The notes: generated from the letters alone by a model not told the origin. 64,000 bases of DNA from Candidatus Gottesmanbacteria bacterium (GCA_030679255.1 JAUXTO010000013.1:84383-148382), one strand, 5' to 3'; positions 40,434 to 49,371 are shown, counted from the stretch's first letter. Made by a program: numbers and translations.

Positions 40434-41414
40434 CGGCGTTCCCCCATATTTTGCGCGTCTCCACCACGATTCATGGTTTCTATACCAATCTATGGTGTCT
40501 TGTAACCTTGACTCAAATTTTTGTAATGGCCTCCAACCAAGCTCCGTTTCAATCTTTGTCCAATCGATCGCATACCGCCGGTCATGTCCGGGCCGGTCGG
40601 CAACAAATTCAATCATGTCTTCGCGGCCCCCCATGAAATCAAGAATTTTCTTGACAACCGTTATGTTGTCCATGTCATTCGTGCCTCCGCCGATACAGTA
40701 CGTCTCACCTATTGTTCCACGGGTCAATACTGCGTCAATTGCCCGGCAGTGATCTTCAACATACAGCCAATCCCGCACATGAAGCCCATCACCGTATACC
40801 GGTACATTCTTACCCTCCAAAATATTTGTAATGACCAGTGGTATAAGTTTTTCCGGAAAATGGAACGGTCCGAAATTATTTGAACAGTTGGTAATCGTCA
40901 CTGGTAACCCGTATGTTTCGTGATATGCACGCACTAAATGATCCGAACTTGCTTTACTTGCAGAATACGGACTTCTGGGGTCATATGGTGTTCGTTCAGT
41001 AAATTTACTCAAAGTATCAAGTTCAAGCGATCCGAACACCTCATCTGTTGATATGTGATGGAATCGGGAAATCTTTGCCTTTGTTGCTGCCTCTAGGAGA
41101 GTGTAGGTTCCCATAATGTTCGTCGTAATAAATGGAGCCGGAGCACGTATTGACCGGTCTACGTGACTTTCCGCCGCAAAATGTACAACGACATCCACGC
41201 CCAACAATGCTTTTTTCACTATATCCGGATCACATATATTTCCATGAATAAATGTATAGTTGGTATTGTCTTTAATTTCGGTTAGATTTTCCAGATTTCC
41301 GGCGTACGTTAGGGCATCAAGATTGACCACGCTATCCGTTTGATGCTCACGCAGCCAGTAAAGGATAAAATTTGATCCGATGAAGCCGGCGCCGCCGGTG
41401 ACTAATAATTTCAT
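40431..41414 (-). CDS. rfbB: dTDP-glucose 4,6-dehydratase
   Basis: [16 protein letters not shown]...[15 protein letters not shown]...[18 protein letters not shown] are canonical RmlB motifs. Confidence 0.85.
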   Translation of the reverse strand: MKLLVTGGAGFIGSNFILYWLREHQTDSVVNLDALTYAGNLENLTEIKDNTNYTFIHGNICDPDIVKKALLGVDVVVHFAAESHVDRSIRAPAPFITTNIMGTYTLLEAATKAKISRFHHISTDEVFGSLELDTLSKFTERTPYDPRSPYSASKASSDHLVRAYHETYGLPVTITNCSNNFGPFHFPEKLIPLVITNILEGKNVPVYGDGLHVRDWLYVEDHCRAIDAVLTRGTIGETYCIGGGTNDMDNITVVKKILDFMGGREDMIEFVADRPGHDRRYAIDWTKIETELGWRPLQKFESRLQDTIDWYRNHESWWRRAKYGGTP

Positions 41415-41884
41415 GTAATATTTTTATTGGTGATCGTCACGCCTCGTACCCAATCGTAGCCAATGAGATCATCATCGTAAGGAATACGGCCCTCTTCGTC
41501 TTTAGAATAGATGCCGCTGGTAACGTACACTAATTCCGCCGGACCAGTGATCACCTTTAACCCATGGGCAACCCCTGCCGGAATCTTAAGAATGATATCC
41601 TGTCCCCCGTCGCCCAACGTATATTCATTGAGCTCTTTGTATGTGGTGCTCGCCGATCTATAGTCATAAAGAGCAACCTTTATTGTGCCTGTAACGATAT
41701 ACCACCAATCAATCTGTGTTTTATGCACATGCCATGCCTTCACTACTCCCGTCACCATAGATGAACGGGAAAGTTGTCCGAATCCTTCAGAAAATATCGG
41801 ATCGCTCATCCGTATCAGTTCTTCAAAAAAACCCCGCTCATCAGGGAGACGGATGAGATTTTTTGTTTGTGTGCCGTCAATCAT
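41411..41884 (-). CDS. rfbC: dTDP-4-dehydrorhamnose 3,5-epimerase-like cupin
   Basis: [28 protein letters not shown]...[14 protein letters not shown] aligns with the RmlC His-Lys/Asp active-site region. It is short, at 157 aa. Confidence 0.6.
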   Translation of the reverse strand: MIDGTQTKNLIRLPDERGFFEELIRMSDPIFSEGFGQLSRSSMVTGVVKAWHVHKTQIDWWYIVTGTIKVALYDYRSASTTYKELNEYTLGDGGQDIILKIPAGVAHGLKVITGPAELVYVTSGIYSKDEEGRIPYDDDLIGYDWVRGVTITNKNIT

Positions 41885-42618
41885 AACTTTCCCTCTTTGA
41901 CCATAGCCGCTACCCGGGAGTTGGCATTGAGGAGTTCGTCATAGGAAGTTCCCGCATCGATCCACCAATCGATGATTTCGCAGGTGAGCTCTCCGGATCT
42001 CAAATAATAATTATTCAAATCCGTCACTTCCAATTCTCCGCGGCCGGAAGGCGATAAATGCTTAATACAGGCAAATACGGTATGGTCATAGATATATATT
42101 CCGGTCTGTGCGATATCAGATTTGGGATGTTCCGGTTTTTCCTCAATAGATAAGACTTTTCCGTTTTTATCGACTTCGATAACCCCATATTGTTTCGATT
42201 CTGTATCCTTATGGACTCCAAATACCATGCCGCCTTTGCTTTTTACTTCAAATTTTCGCCGTGCTTCTAAAAGATTGAAATTAAAAATATTATCTCCCAA
42301 CAGGACAAGAATTGGCTCATCGTGGGCAAACTCCTCAGCAAGGGCAATGGCATCAGCAATACCACCTTTAGGGTTCTGCTGTACCGCATAATAAAGTTTA
42401 AGCTGGAAATCCTCTCCATTTTTTAAAAGATTAGCAAAATGTCCTGCATGGTCGCCCGAAGTCGTCAGTAGGACTTCTTTGATGCCTGCTTTCCGCATCG
42501 CTTCCAGAGGATAATAAATCATGGGCTTGTTGTAGATAGGCAACAAGTGTTTATTGGTAACGAGCGTAAGGGGACGAAGTCTTGTCGCGAGTCCACCGGC
42601 TAAAATGACACCTTTCAT
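41881..42618 (-). CDS. rfbA: glucose-1-phosphate thymidylyltransferase (short form)
   Basis: MKGVILAGGLATRLRPLTLVTNKHLLPIYNKPMIYYPL sugar-nucleotidyltransferase signature. Adjacent to rfbBCD. Confidence 0.65.
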   Translation of the reverse strand: MKGVILAGGLATRLRPLTLVTNKHLLPIYNKPMIYYPLEAMRKAGIKEVLLTTSGDHAGHFANLLKNGEDFQLKLYYAVQQNPKGGIADAIALAEEFAHDEPILVLLGDNIFNFNLLEARRKFEVKSKGGMVFGVHKDTESKQYGVIEVDKNGKVLSIEEKPEHPKSDIAQTGIYIYDHTVFACIKHLSPSGRGELEVTDLNNYYLRSGELTCEIIDWWIDAGTSYDELLNANSRVAAMVKEGKL

Positions 42619-42633
42619 ATGTTCGAGTCTCCT

Positions 42634-42882
42634 TTAATAACCCAATACAATAAACAATAGGATTATCGCGATACTACCGACAAATATATATTCTATCACA
42701 ACTTTCCGGTGCAAATCCCCTTGCATGGCGTGATGAATCATGCCCCATGCGATATAGGCGACACTCGTCACAACGCCAATCATAAGCTGGAGGCCGGTAT
42801 TCCCGTGAGCCAAGAAAAACATTCCTGTTCCACCCGCAAGAATCAAAAGAAGAACAATAAAATGAAGAATGTGTCCTTTCAT
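42634..42882 (-). CDS. small two-TM membrane protein, hypothetical
   Basis: 82 aa with two hydrophobic helices. Confidence 0.3.
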   Translation of the reverse strand: MKGHILHFIVLLLILAGGTGMFFLAHGNTGLQLMIGVVTSVAYIAWGMIHHAMQGDLHRKVVIEYIFVGSIAIILLFIVLGY

Positions 42883-42888
42883 ATTGCC

Positions 42889-43794
42889 TTAAAGCACCGC
42901 TCCTCTCGTGGCAAGCTGCAACAAGAGTAGTAACACCGCAAAAAATGCCATGTGTCCGACGCTGTGGCCGGATACGCGAATAATTTTTCTCCGATAGACA
43001 TACCAGCCGTCTATCACAACAACCAAGAGAATAAGCCCTGCAAATCCGGTCGTTACCTGTTTGGAAATCGAGGAAATATCAACCAGCGGCTGCTTCAGTA
43101 CGTCCGTCAGCCCAAACGTGTTATTTTGAGCTGCTACTGTCGCAAACGGCTGTACCACGACAAGTGCTGATGGGGCCGTTGCCGCCGCCGTCGGGGTGAG
43201 AATGGTAGGCTTTATCTGATAGGCGAGTTGGCTATCTCCGGCACCGAACATTTGGACCACCAGCGTAGTTTCCTCTCCGGCCAACACACCGTTAACCACA
43301 GCAAAACCTATATCTTTATAGTCGCCCCGCATAATATTTTCCCGGTGGGTGGGGGAAGCCATCCAGGCATCTACAACTCCGCTGCTTACCGAAAAATTCT
43401 TGGCAAGGTTCTCGCCGGCTACCCGATAGCGATACCCTGCCACAGTGACAAATTCCCACGGTGTTTTACCGCTAGGGCTGTTGTGCGCCCAATACCCCTT
43501 AGCAAACATGTCCTGCGCTTTGAGCGCGGCTGCCCGGGAGAGTCGTTGATCTAAAACGAGCGCCCCGAGTCCTGCTTCGGCACGTTTCGCGTTGATGGCA
43601 GAAAAAAGCTGCTCTACGCGGATGTCTGTGGCAAACCCCAACACATCGGGAAATTGCGTATGTCCCAGAGTAAGGAGGAACTTGAACAAGACGAATGCAA
43701 GAAGATATACAAACATCGCGTCTACATGGAGTACGCGCGCGTGATGATTATTACTGTGATGTGGCGTAAACAAATGACGGATACCATTACCCAT
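42889..43794 (-). CDS. CAP/SCP (PR-1-like, YkwD-type) domain protein, membrane anchored
   Basis: N-terminal transmembrane segment, then GYWAHNSPSG...GENLA...AWMASPTHRENI, which are CAP-domain motifs. Confidence 0.55.
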   Translation of the reverse strand: MGNGIRHLFTPHHSNNHHARVLHVDAMFVYLLAFVLFKFLLTLGHTQFPDVLGFATDIRVEQLFSAINAKRAEAGLGALVLDQRLSRAAALKAQDMFAKGYWAHNSPSGKTPWEFVTVAGYRYRVAGENLAKNFSVSSGVVDAWMASPTHRENIMRGDYKDIGFAVVNGVLAGEETTLVVQMFGAGDSQLAYQIKPTILTPTAAATAPSALVVVQPFATVAAQNNTFGLTDVLKQPLVDISSISKQVTTGFAGLILLVVVIDGWYVYRRKIIRVSGHSVGHMAFFAVLLLLLQLATRGAVL

Positions 43795-43839
43795 ACAGTA
43801 CTATCATAGCAACCTCACGCAAAATTACCAACGGAAGAT

Positions 43840-44748
43840 TCAAGAAGAGTATCGATCATCTTCATAGATTGGCACAACGGTTTGTCCTACGAATAAATTA
43901 TTGATGGGAACTCCAAGAAGAACTCCAAGTGTATTGGCAAGAGCAACACCCACGCGAAGGCCGGTATAGGAACCCGGACCTGTATTGACGCGTATCGATG
44001 TAATATCGCCAAGGACGTGGTGTGACGTATCTAAAAGTTTCACAATCAAGGGAAGTGCCTCCTGAGCTTTACCCACACGCATATCGCGCGCTTTGAGCGT
44101 TTGATGGCCGTGCGCATCGATGAAGCTCACGGCTATGACGTCCGAGCGTGATGTGTCAATAGTAAGGGTGAGCGGCTGTTTCAACAGTACGACTCCCTGA
44201 CGAATAATCCTAATGGTTCCGGTGGAACAATCTACGACGGTTGACGCGTTCCCGATAGAACATACCCCAGGTACGACATAATCCACGAGCTTGATGAGCT
44301 CCAGATCCAAATCTTCATAGCAGTAGGGAGTAGGAGACCCATGAAAATTGGCTGATGGCCCGAGGATCGGCACACCCACCCCTCGGATAAGCTCCAAGGC
44401 GGTCTCGTGATTGGGCATACGTAAACCAATATTTTTTCCGCTACCACGGATAGGGGAGTACACTAAATTTTCTTTACACCCAGCGATAATAGTAAGCGCA
44501 CCGGGCCAATACGTTTTCATCAGATGTCGTACAATTTCTGACGGATCGAGATAGTAGGCGAGAGCCATAGCCTTGGATGCAACCAGAACCGGGGTCGCCT
44601 GTGTACGCGGGCGTTTACGGAGCTTAAACAGTCTGTCTACCGCTTTCACATCATCCATCCGGCACCCTATGCCGAAAGCTGTATCCGTCGGATACATGAT
44701 GATACCGCCCTCCTTTAAAACCTGAATCGCTTGCTTGATACTTTCCAT
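43840..44748 (-). CDS. fusion of L-threonylcarbamoyladenylate synthase TsaC (YrdC domain) with an N-terminal-domain-only TsaB (YeaZ) module
   Basis: N-terminal 185 aa: MYPTDTAFGIG...LGPSANFHG...STVVDCSTGTIRIIRQG is the YrdC/Sua5 signature. C-terminal 115 aa: LTLTIDTSRSDVIAVSFI...NTGPGSYTGLRVGVALANTLGVLLGVP is the TsaB/YeaZ N-domain signature. Confidence 0.6.
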   Translation of the reverse strand: MESIKQAIQVLKEGGIIMYPTDTAFGIGCRMDDVKAVDRLFKLRKRPRTQATPVLVASKAMALAYYLDPSEIVRHLMKTYWPGALTIIAGCKENLVYSPIRGSGKNIGLRMPNHETALELIRGVGVPILGPSANFHGSPTPYCYEDLDLELIKLVDYVVPGVCSIGNASTVVDCSTGTIRIIRQGVVLLKQPLTLTIDTSRSDVIAVSFIDAHGHQTLKARDMRVGKAQEALPLIVKLLDTSHHVLGDITSIRVNTGPGSYTGLRVGVALANTLGVLLGVPINNLFVGQTVVPIYEDDRYSS

Positions 44749-44753
44749 AGTTA

Positions 44754-45272
44754 TTAGATGACTCGCTCCATCGAAATTTTATGCGAATCGTTTTCCAATA
44801 CCTCAAATCGTATATCAACCCTTCTTTTTGGAAGTAATCCACCCAATGTATCAGCCCATTCGATAAGTACGATCGAATCCGAATCTCTCAGCATTTCCGG
44901 GATTCCCAACTCAACAAGCTCTTTTTCGTCACCAATACGGTACAAATCGATATGATATAAAAATCCTGATTGTTTTACCAGTTGATAACGTCGTACAATA
45001 TAAAAAGTCGGGGAGAGCAGGCGAGAGGTAATTCCTAATGCTTTTCCAAATCCCTGAACAAACGTCGTCTTCCCACTGCCCAGTTCCCCATATAAACAAA
45101 CAGTCAATGCTCCCCGATCTTGTTCACTTTTGACTTTTGACTTTCCCGCCTGCAACGCTTGATGCGTAGCATTTGCGGGCAGGTGACTTTTGACTATATG
45201 AATCCCCAACTCTTGGCCAATGCGCGCAGTTTCTTTGGGCTCCGTGGTAATAAATGGGTAAGTGAAATCCAT
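44754..45272 (-). CDS. tsaE: tRNA threonylcarbamoyladenosine biosynthesis protein TsaE with a 23-aa in-frame insertion
   Basis: LYGELGSGKTTFVQGFGKALG P-loop and YHIDLYRI...LIEWAD C-terminus. The insert KSHLPANATHQALQAGKSKVKSEQ sits between helix alpha-1 (ETARIGQELGIHI) and strand beta-2 (ALTVCLYG). Confidence 0.7.
   Translation of the reverse strand: MDFTYPFITTEPKETARIGQELGIHIVKSHLPANATHQALQAGKSKVKSEQDRGALTVCLYGELGSGKTTFVQGFGKALGITSRLLSPTFYIVRRYQLVKQSGFLYHIDLYRIGDEKELVELGIPEMLRDSDSIVLIEWADTLGGLLPKRRVDIRFEVLENDSHKISMERVI
45127..45195. repeat. 69-nt heptamer/palindromic repeat element, copy C
   Basis: CTTTTGACTTTTGACTTTCCCGCCTGCAACGCTTGATGCGTAGCATTTGCGGGCAGGTGACTTTTGAC is about 85% identical to copy B, and the loop region differs. 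It lies in-frame inside tsaE and ends at the VanZ-like gene stop codon. Confidence 0.7.
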
Positions 45273-45607
45273 GCAATGCTTGCTCCTATGGCGTCAATTA
45301 TAACATCCCGAAGCCTCCCCTCCCGTGTCGGAACGAACAGTTGGTGTATTTCATCCGTAACAGCATAGATGAGTGTCAAAAAAAATGCGACCGCAAGTAA
45401 ATTGATTCCGATGGAAGCACGTAGAGTATTTTTTAATGCTCGGAAGTACAAAACAAACAAAATGGAGTACTCGATCACATGGAGCGTTTTAAAAAATAGG
45501 AAATTGATGAGAGGCTCCTGGGCAACCTGAACGCTTGACCTGCCAGATAAGAAAAAAATCACTCCCATCCAGGCCACAACCGGAAGCCAATATCGGACAA
45601 ACTTCAT
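45194..45607 (-). CDS. VanZ-like family membrane protein
   Basis: 137 aa, four transmembrane segments, TDEIHQLFVPTREGRLRDVIIDAIG VanZ motif. The 3' end overlaps the tsaE start by about 77 nt in another frame. Confidence 0.5.
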   Translation of the reverse strand: MKFVRYWLPVVAWMGVIFFLSGRSSVQVAQEPLINFLFFKTLHVIEYSILFVLYFRALKNTLRASIGINLLAVAFFLTLIYAVTDEIHQLFVPTREGRLRDVIIDAIGASIAWISLTHLLPRSPKKLRALAKSWGFI

Positions 45608-46509
45608 TTATCCAGTATATCAGAATGATGCTCCCGCGCGATCTTCCAGGTATAAACCCCGGCAAGCATAGCCAAACCAATCGCCACTAAGAGCATAGAA
45701 ATGACCATCGGCTTCCAGGAATTATTGGAAGCATACGCGCTTGGCGATGATGTTTTCGCTTCGACACGCTCGCCCAATACGAACAGCTCCCTCACGGCAG
45801 GTTGTTCCTCTGCGTCTTCTGCGGTTGAAGGTACTCCGGGAGACGGAGATTTGGATACCATAAGTGTAGACATAGGAGTACTCGTTGGTGAAGGTGTCTT
45901 CGTCGGTGTAGCTACAGCCGTGGGCGTAGGAGTAGCGGTAGGCTTAGTAGTGGGGGTAGGAGTTGGCGTCTTTGTTGGCGTAGGCGTAAAAGTTGGGGTG
46001 GCTGTGGCTTGCGGCGTAGGTGTTGGAGTCGGTGTTGGAGTTGGTGATGGCGCCAAATCAGAACATTTCGATGATGATTTCGATGGCGTTTGATTTACTT
46101 GCCAACTCCCACCATCCGGAACCCGCGCGTATGATTTATCCGCAGAACTACTCGCGTATTGATAACTATCAATAAGCGAACCATCAAGCTTAAATATCGT
46201 TGGCGTGTCGCCATTGTTGTTCAGATACGTCGAAAGCTCTACATAGCATGTTGCACTGGATAATAATAAACCAGAAATTGCAAGTCTTCCCGATGAGCCG
46301 CTATCAGAATCAAAATTAGTATCATCATCAAAGTAATAATTCGATAAATCCTCCGAGGATGGCTCAGTGTTATAAAACTCAATCCACTCTACGTTCCCGC
46401 TTGAAGGCGCTGGAAGAAATTCATTGATAACAACGGCGGCAAAAGCACGAGGAGGAAATGTAATGAAGAAACAGAGACTGATAAAAGCCTTGATTAAAAG
46501 GGGTCTCAT
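45604..46509 (-). CDS. secreted lamin-tail-domain (LTD) protein with Pro/Thr-rich linker and C-terminal TM anchor
   Basis: Signal peptide [24 protein letters not shown], then the LTD motif [22 protein letters not shown]. The (TP)n linker is about 65 aa and there is a C-terminal hydrophobic segment. The start is taken at the Met adjacent to the upstream stop. Confidence 0.55.
   Translation of the reverse strand: MRPLLIKAFISLCFFITFPPRAFAAVVINEFLPAPSSGNVEWIEFYNTEPSSEDLSNYYFDDDTNFDSDSGSSGRLAISGLLLSSATCYVELSTYLNNNGDTPTIFKLDGSLIDSYQYASSSADKSYARVPDGGSWQVNQTPSKSSSKCSDLAPSPTPTPTPTPTPQATATPTFTPTPTKTPTPTPTTKPTATPTPTAVATPTKTPSPTSTPMSTLMVSKSPSPGVPSTAEDAEEQPAVRELFVLGERVEAKTSSPSAYASNNSWKPMVISMLLVAIGLAMLAGVYTWKIAREHHSDILDK
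45920..46120. repeat. low-complexity coding repeat (Pro-Thr linker)
   Basis: GGTGT/AGGNGT-type repeats encode [34 protein letters not shown]... in the LTD protein. Confidence 0.6.
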
Positions 46510-46510
46510 G

Positions 46511-46855
46511 TCACATCCCTCCCTCTCTTGTATGTCGCTCTTTTTTATACGCATACACAAACCGTGACTCGTCACTCCCGCCGCCTGACCCTCCATCTGT
46601 TTGATAGTTTGTAATAAAGTACCGCTCTACTCTGCGCGCCGCATCTGCGGTAACGCATTCCCTATATATCCAATAATCCATATCTTTGTTTACGCCATGC
46701 TCTTCAAACAACCTCGCTTGCGCGTTTTCGGCAATACCCACATACCAGTCTGTGGACAGCGTATTGGTTTTATGGATATATTCAACTATGTCGTTTACAA
46801 TACTGCTTTCTTGTTGTGGCATAGTCCAAGTGTAGATTGGTGATCGGTGACTCAA
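46511..46855 (-). CDS. small hypothetical protein, possible GIY-YIG-like (YhbQ/UPF0213-type) domain
   Basis: YVGIAENAQARLFEEHGV resembles the YIG...R...H half of the GIY-YIG motif. An upstream IYTW may be the GIY half, and RRVERYF a possible Glu site. Its stop is 1 nt before the LTD gene start. Confidence 0.3.
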   Translation of the reverse strand: MSHRSPIYTWTMPQQESSIVNDIVEYIHKTNTLSTDWYVGIAENAQARLFEEHGVNKDMDYWIYRECVTADAARRVERYFITNYQTDGGSGGGSDESRFVYAYKKERHTREGGM

Positions 46856-46882
46856 CTGCGACTCACGGACGAGTCGGGAAAT

Positions 46883-48190
46883 TTAGGAGAGTTTCGAAGT
46901 GAGCGCGGGGTTGATACAATACTTTTTGTCTGTGTGAGAGATAAGCTTGACACCAGTCAACTTCTTCACTTTGGCATTGACCGCCTCAACCGCATCGTAC
47001 ACAAGCCGCTTCACGTTTTTCTGTTCATCGAGCTCTCCCATAGCATCAGATAGATCAAGCGTATCATAGTGTCTTTTTGGATTTTTGAAGAGCAGTTTGC
47101 ATATATCGTGTTGATACGAATCGGCTGGGATATCTATAGCATGAGTATCATTGATAATGATTTTGCTTTCTGATGAATCGAAAATAATCCGATCAACGAC
47201 AATGTATTGAGGATTAATAAGCGCTGCTAACCGCTCTTCAATAATTTCCCTGATGTCACGGCGATAAATAAAAAGCGTAAACACTGCAAACATAAAAACG
47301 GAAAACAACCCCACGGCAAAAGACAGCATCAACTGATTGCCGAGTATCCTACTCAATTGATCGAGCCCCTTGCCTATGGCAACCAGTCCAACAGTTTCTC
47401 CATTGGCCAGGATCGGTTCAACGTAAAGCATGAACTTCTGTTGGGACCGCCCATCGCTTATGACCGAAAAATCTTTACGCCTCAGGGCATCCTGAAGATA
47501 GCTTTTGTCGATATATGCCGGCGGACCACCTATACTTTTATGACTTATGTTAAACGTATCGATGATTTCAAACGAGATATTGTGGTCAAGCTCTTTATCA
47601 ACGACGCGTGTCGCATCCAGCGTCTCATTGGTCAATGAGATCTGACCATCAAGTATCTCTGCATTTTTCAACAGTATCATATCCAATTCCTTTTCAGATC
47701 GGCCGGCCGGCTCAAAGTATGCCAAAAGAATCACACCCTTTTCCTGACCAATTCGCACGATCGGATACGAAAATACCCGCCACGGTTCACTGACCGCAGA
47801 AATGATCGTTTTGGGTGTCGGGAACGATGAGGCATAGGCATAATTGGACGTATCCAACAAGCCGCTGATAACGTTCATACGGTCGATAAGGAATCCATCA
47901 AGGGAAAAAATATAAAGCGGGCTCTCTGAAGGAGTCGTCGTGTCCGATAAATACTTATTGGTATTCCATACGCCATCTTTGTATTCAAAATCCCCGGAAA
48001 CCACGCCTGCGGTGGTACGTAAATATGATTTTATGTCATTGAGTGATAATGTGCGGATGATAAAATAGCCGGCAATCAAATATAAAATAAAAAGAACAAG
48101 GAATACCGTAGATAATCGAAGGATGAGACGCATCTCTGCTTTATCCGCATGAAGTGCCTTAATAAAACCTGAAATATGAGCTATTGCCAT
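46883..48190 (-). CDS. two-TM membrane protein with cytoplasmic C-terminal winged-helix (OmpR/ToxR-type trans_reg_C-like) domain
   Basis: Transmembrane segment at about residues 22-46, a roughly 240 aa extracytoplasmic domain, a second transmembrane segment at about 290-310, then a C-terminal ...YQHDICKLLFKNPKRHYDTLDLSDAM...KNVKRLVYDAVEAVNAKVKKLTG region resembling a wHTH DNA-binding domain. Confidence 0.4.
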   Translation of the reverse strand: MAIAHISGFIKALHADKAEMRLILRLSTVFLVLFILYLIAGYFIIRTLSLNDIKSYLRTTAGVVSGDFEYKDGVWNTNKYLSDTTTPSESPLYIFSLDGFLIDRMNVISGLLDTSNYAYASSFPTPKTIISAVSEPWRVFSYPIVRIGQEKGVILLAYFEPAGRSEKELDMILLKNAEILDGQISLTNETLDATRVVDKELDHNISFEIIDTFNISHKSIGGPPAYIDKSYLQDALRRKDFSVISDGRSQQKFMLYVEPILANGETVGLVAIGKGLDQLSRILGNQLMLSFAVGLFSVFMFAVFTLFIYRRDIREIIEERLAALINPQYIVVDRIIFDSSESKIIINDTHAIDIPADSYQHDICKLLFKNPKRHYDTLDLSDAMGELDEQKNVKRLVYDAVEAVNAKVKKLTGVKLISHTDKKYCINPALTSKLS

Positions 48191-48228
48191 GCGCGAGCGA
48201 ATTGTTTGCAGAACAAATCGATCCTATA

Positions 48229-49362
48229 CTACTGCACATGCAGGTAAAAACTCAAGACCCCGTCGCCATGCTCAATATATTTTATTTTTATGATACTCCC
48301 GCTGCCACACGCTTGACTTGATGAATAGAGATCACCATCACTCGGTGCCCGGATGATATTGCTTCCGGTTGATACCATATCAAATCCCGTATGAATACCA
48401 CTGGAATACTGATACCGCCATGAATAGGGCGTCTTACCGAAATACTGGGTTATTCTGATCGTGTCCTCCAGAGGCCAGGCCCAGCTTCCACTTCCCAATG
48501 TTGCGTCACCTCCGTTTTGATCATCTTTCACCCGTTTGGAGGACAAATACCCACCAGGGTCAACCCATGATCCCCCTTTTCGTACCTCAAAATGAAGGTG
48601 CGCGCCAGTCGAACAACCAGGAAACCCGGTGTTTCCGACGACAGCAATAGGGTCACCTTTTTTCACCGGGCCAAGTTTCACCGAATCGATAAGTGCACGG
48701 TCAACGGCTTGCTTCTCAGCGAGCGCCTGAGCCAGAAGCTTTTGATAGACCACTTCACTGTTTTTGGTTTGATCCAATAACACTTGCTTTTCCTTTTTTT
48801 GACGGGCAAGGGATGCACTTTCCTTCTCTAATTGCTTTTTGAGTTTTTCCTGTTCAAGTTTTTTGCCTTCACGAAGATTTTTTCTTTCGGTGAAATTATT
48901 TTGCGTCGCTTTCAATTGAAACAGAAGCGCTGCATCATGCTCTTGTATCGTGGATATATACTTTACCCGCGAAACAAATTCAGAAAAAGAACTACTGAGA
49001 AGAAACATCCCGAACTGAGAAGTATTTCTCCTCTTGTACGATTCTGGTATACGCCGGAGGACGAGTTCCGTGCGTCTTGTCAGTAGCCCCTCTAAGCGCT
49101 CTATTTCACCGGCTAGCTCATCGATTTCTGCCGTAAGTTTGACCACCGCTGATCGTATCGTATTTATCCGAAGGGACGTCAAGGAAATCTGTGAATCGAG
49201 GAGAGAAATTTGTTTAGCAAGGGTATTTTCTTCCTGCTGGAGTTGAGATATTTTCTTGGTCAGTTCCTCAATAGTTTGATTGACGTCCCCGTCAACTGCA
49301 TGCACGGAGAGCTGAAAAAAAAATAAAAAGAAAAAAAGGAAACCCAAACATAATCGTTTCAT
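48229..49362 (-). CDS. M23 family metallopeptidase with N-terminal coiled coil (EnvC-like)
   Basis: Signal peptide, long coiled-coil region, then a C-terminal LytM domain with GDPIAVVGNTGFPGCSTGAHLHFEV (HxH) and GIHTGFD. It is immediately downstream of ftsEX. Confidence 0.65.
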   Translation of the reverse strand: MKRLCLGFLFFFLFFFQLSVHAVDGDVNQTIEELTKKISQLQQEENTLAKQISLLDSQISLTSLRINTIRSAVVKLTAEIDELAGEIERLEGLLTRRTELVLRRIPESYKRRNTSQFGMFLLSSSFSEFVSRVKYISTIQEHDAALLFQLKATQNNFTERKNLREGKKLEQEKLKKQLEKESASLARQKKEKQVLLDQTKNSEVVYQKLLAQALAEKQAVDRALIDSVKLGPVKKGDPIAVVGNTGFPGCSTGAHLHFEVRKGGSWVDPGGYLSSKRVKDDQNGGDATLGSGSWAWPLEDTIRITQYFGKTPYSWRYQYSSGIHTGFDMVSTGSNIIRAPSDGDLYSSSQACGSGSIIKIKYIEHGDGVLSFYLHVQ

Positions 49363-49371
49363 TGTACATTG

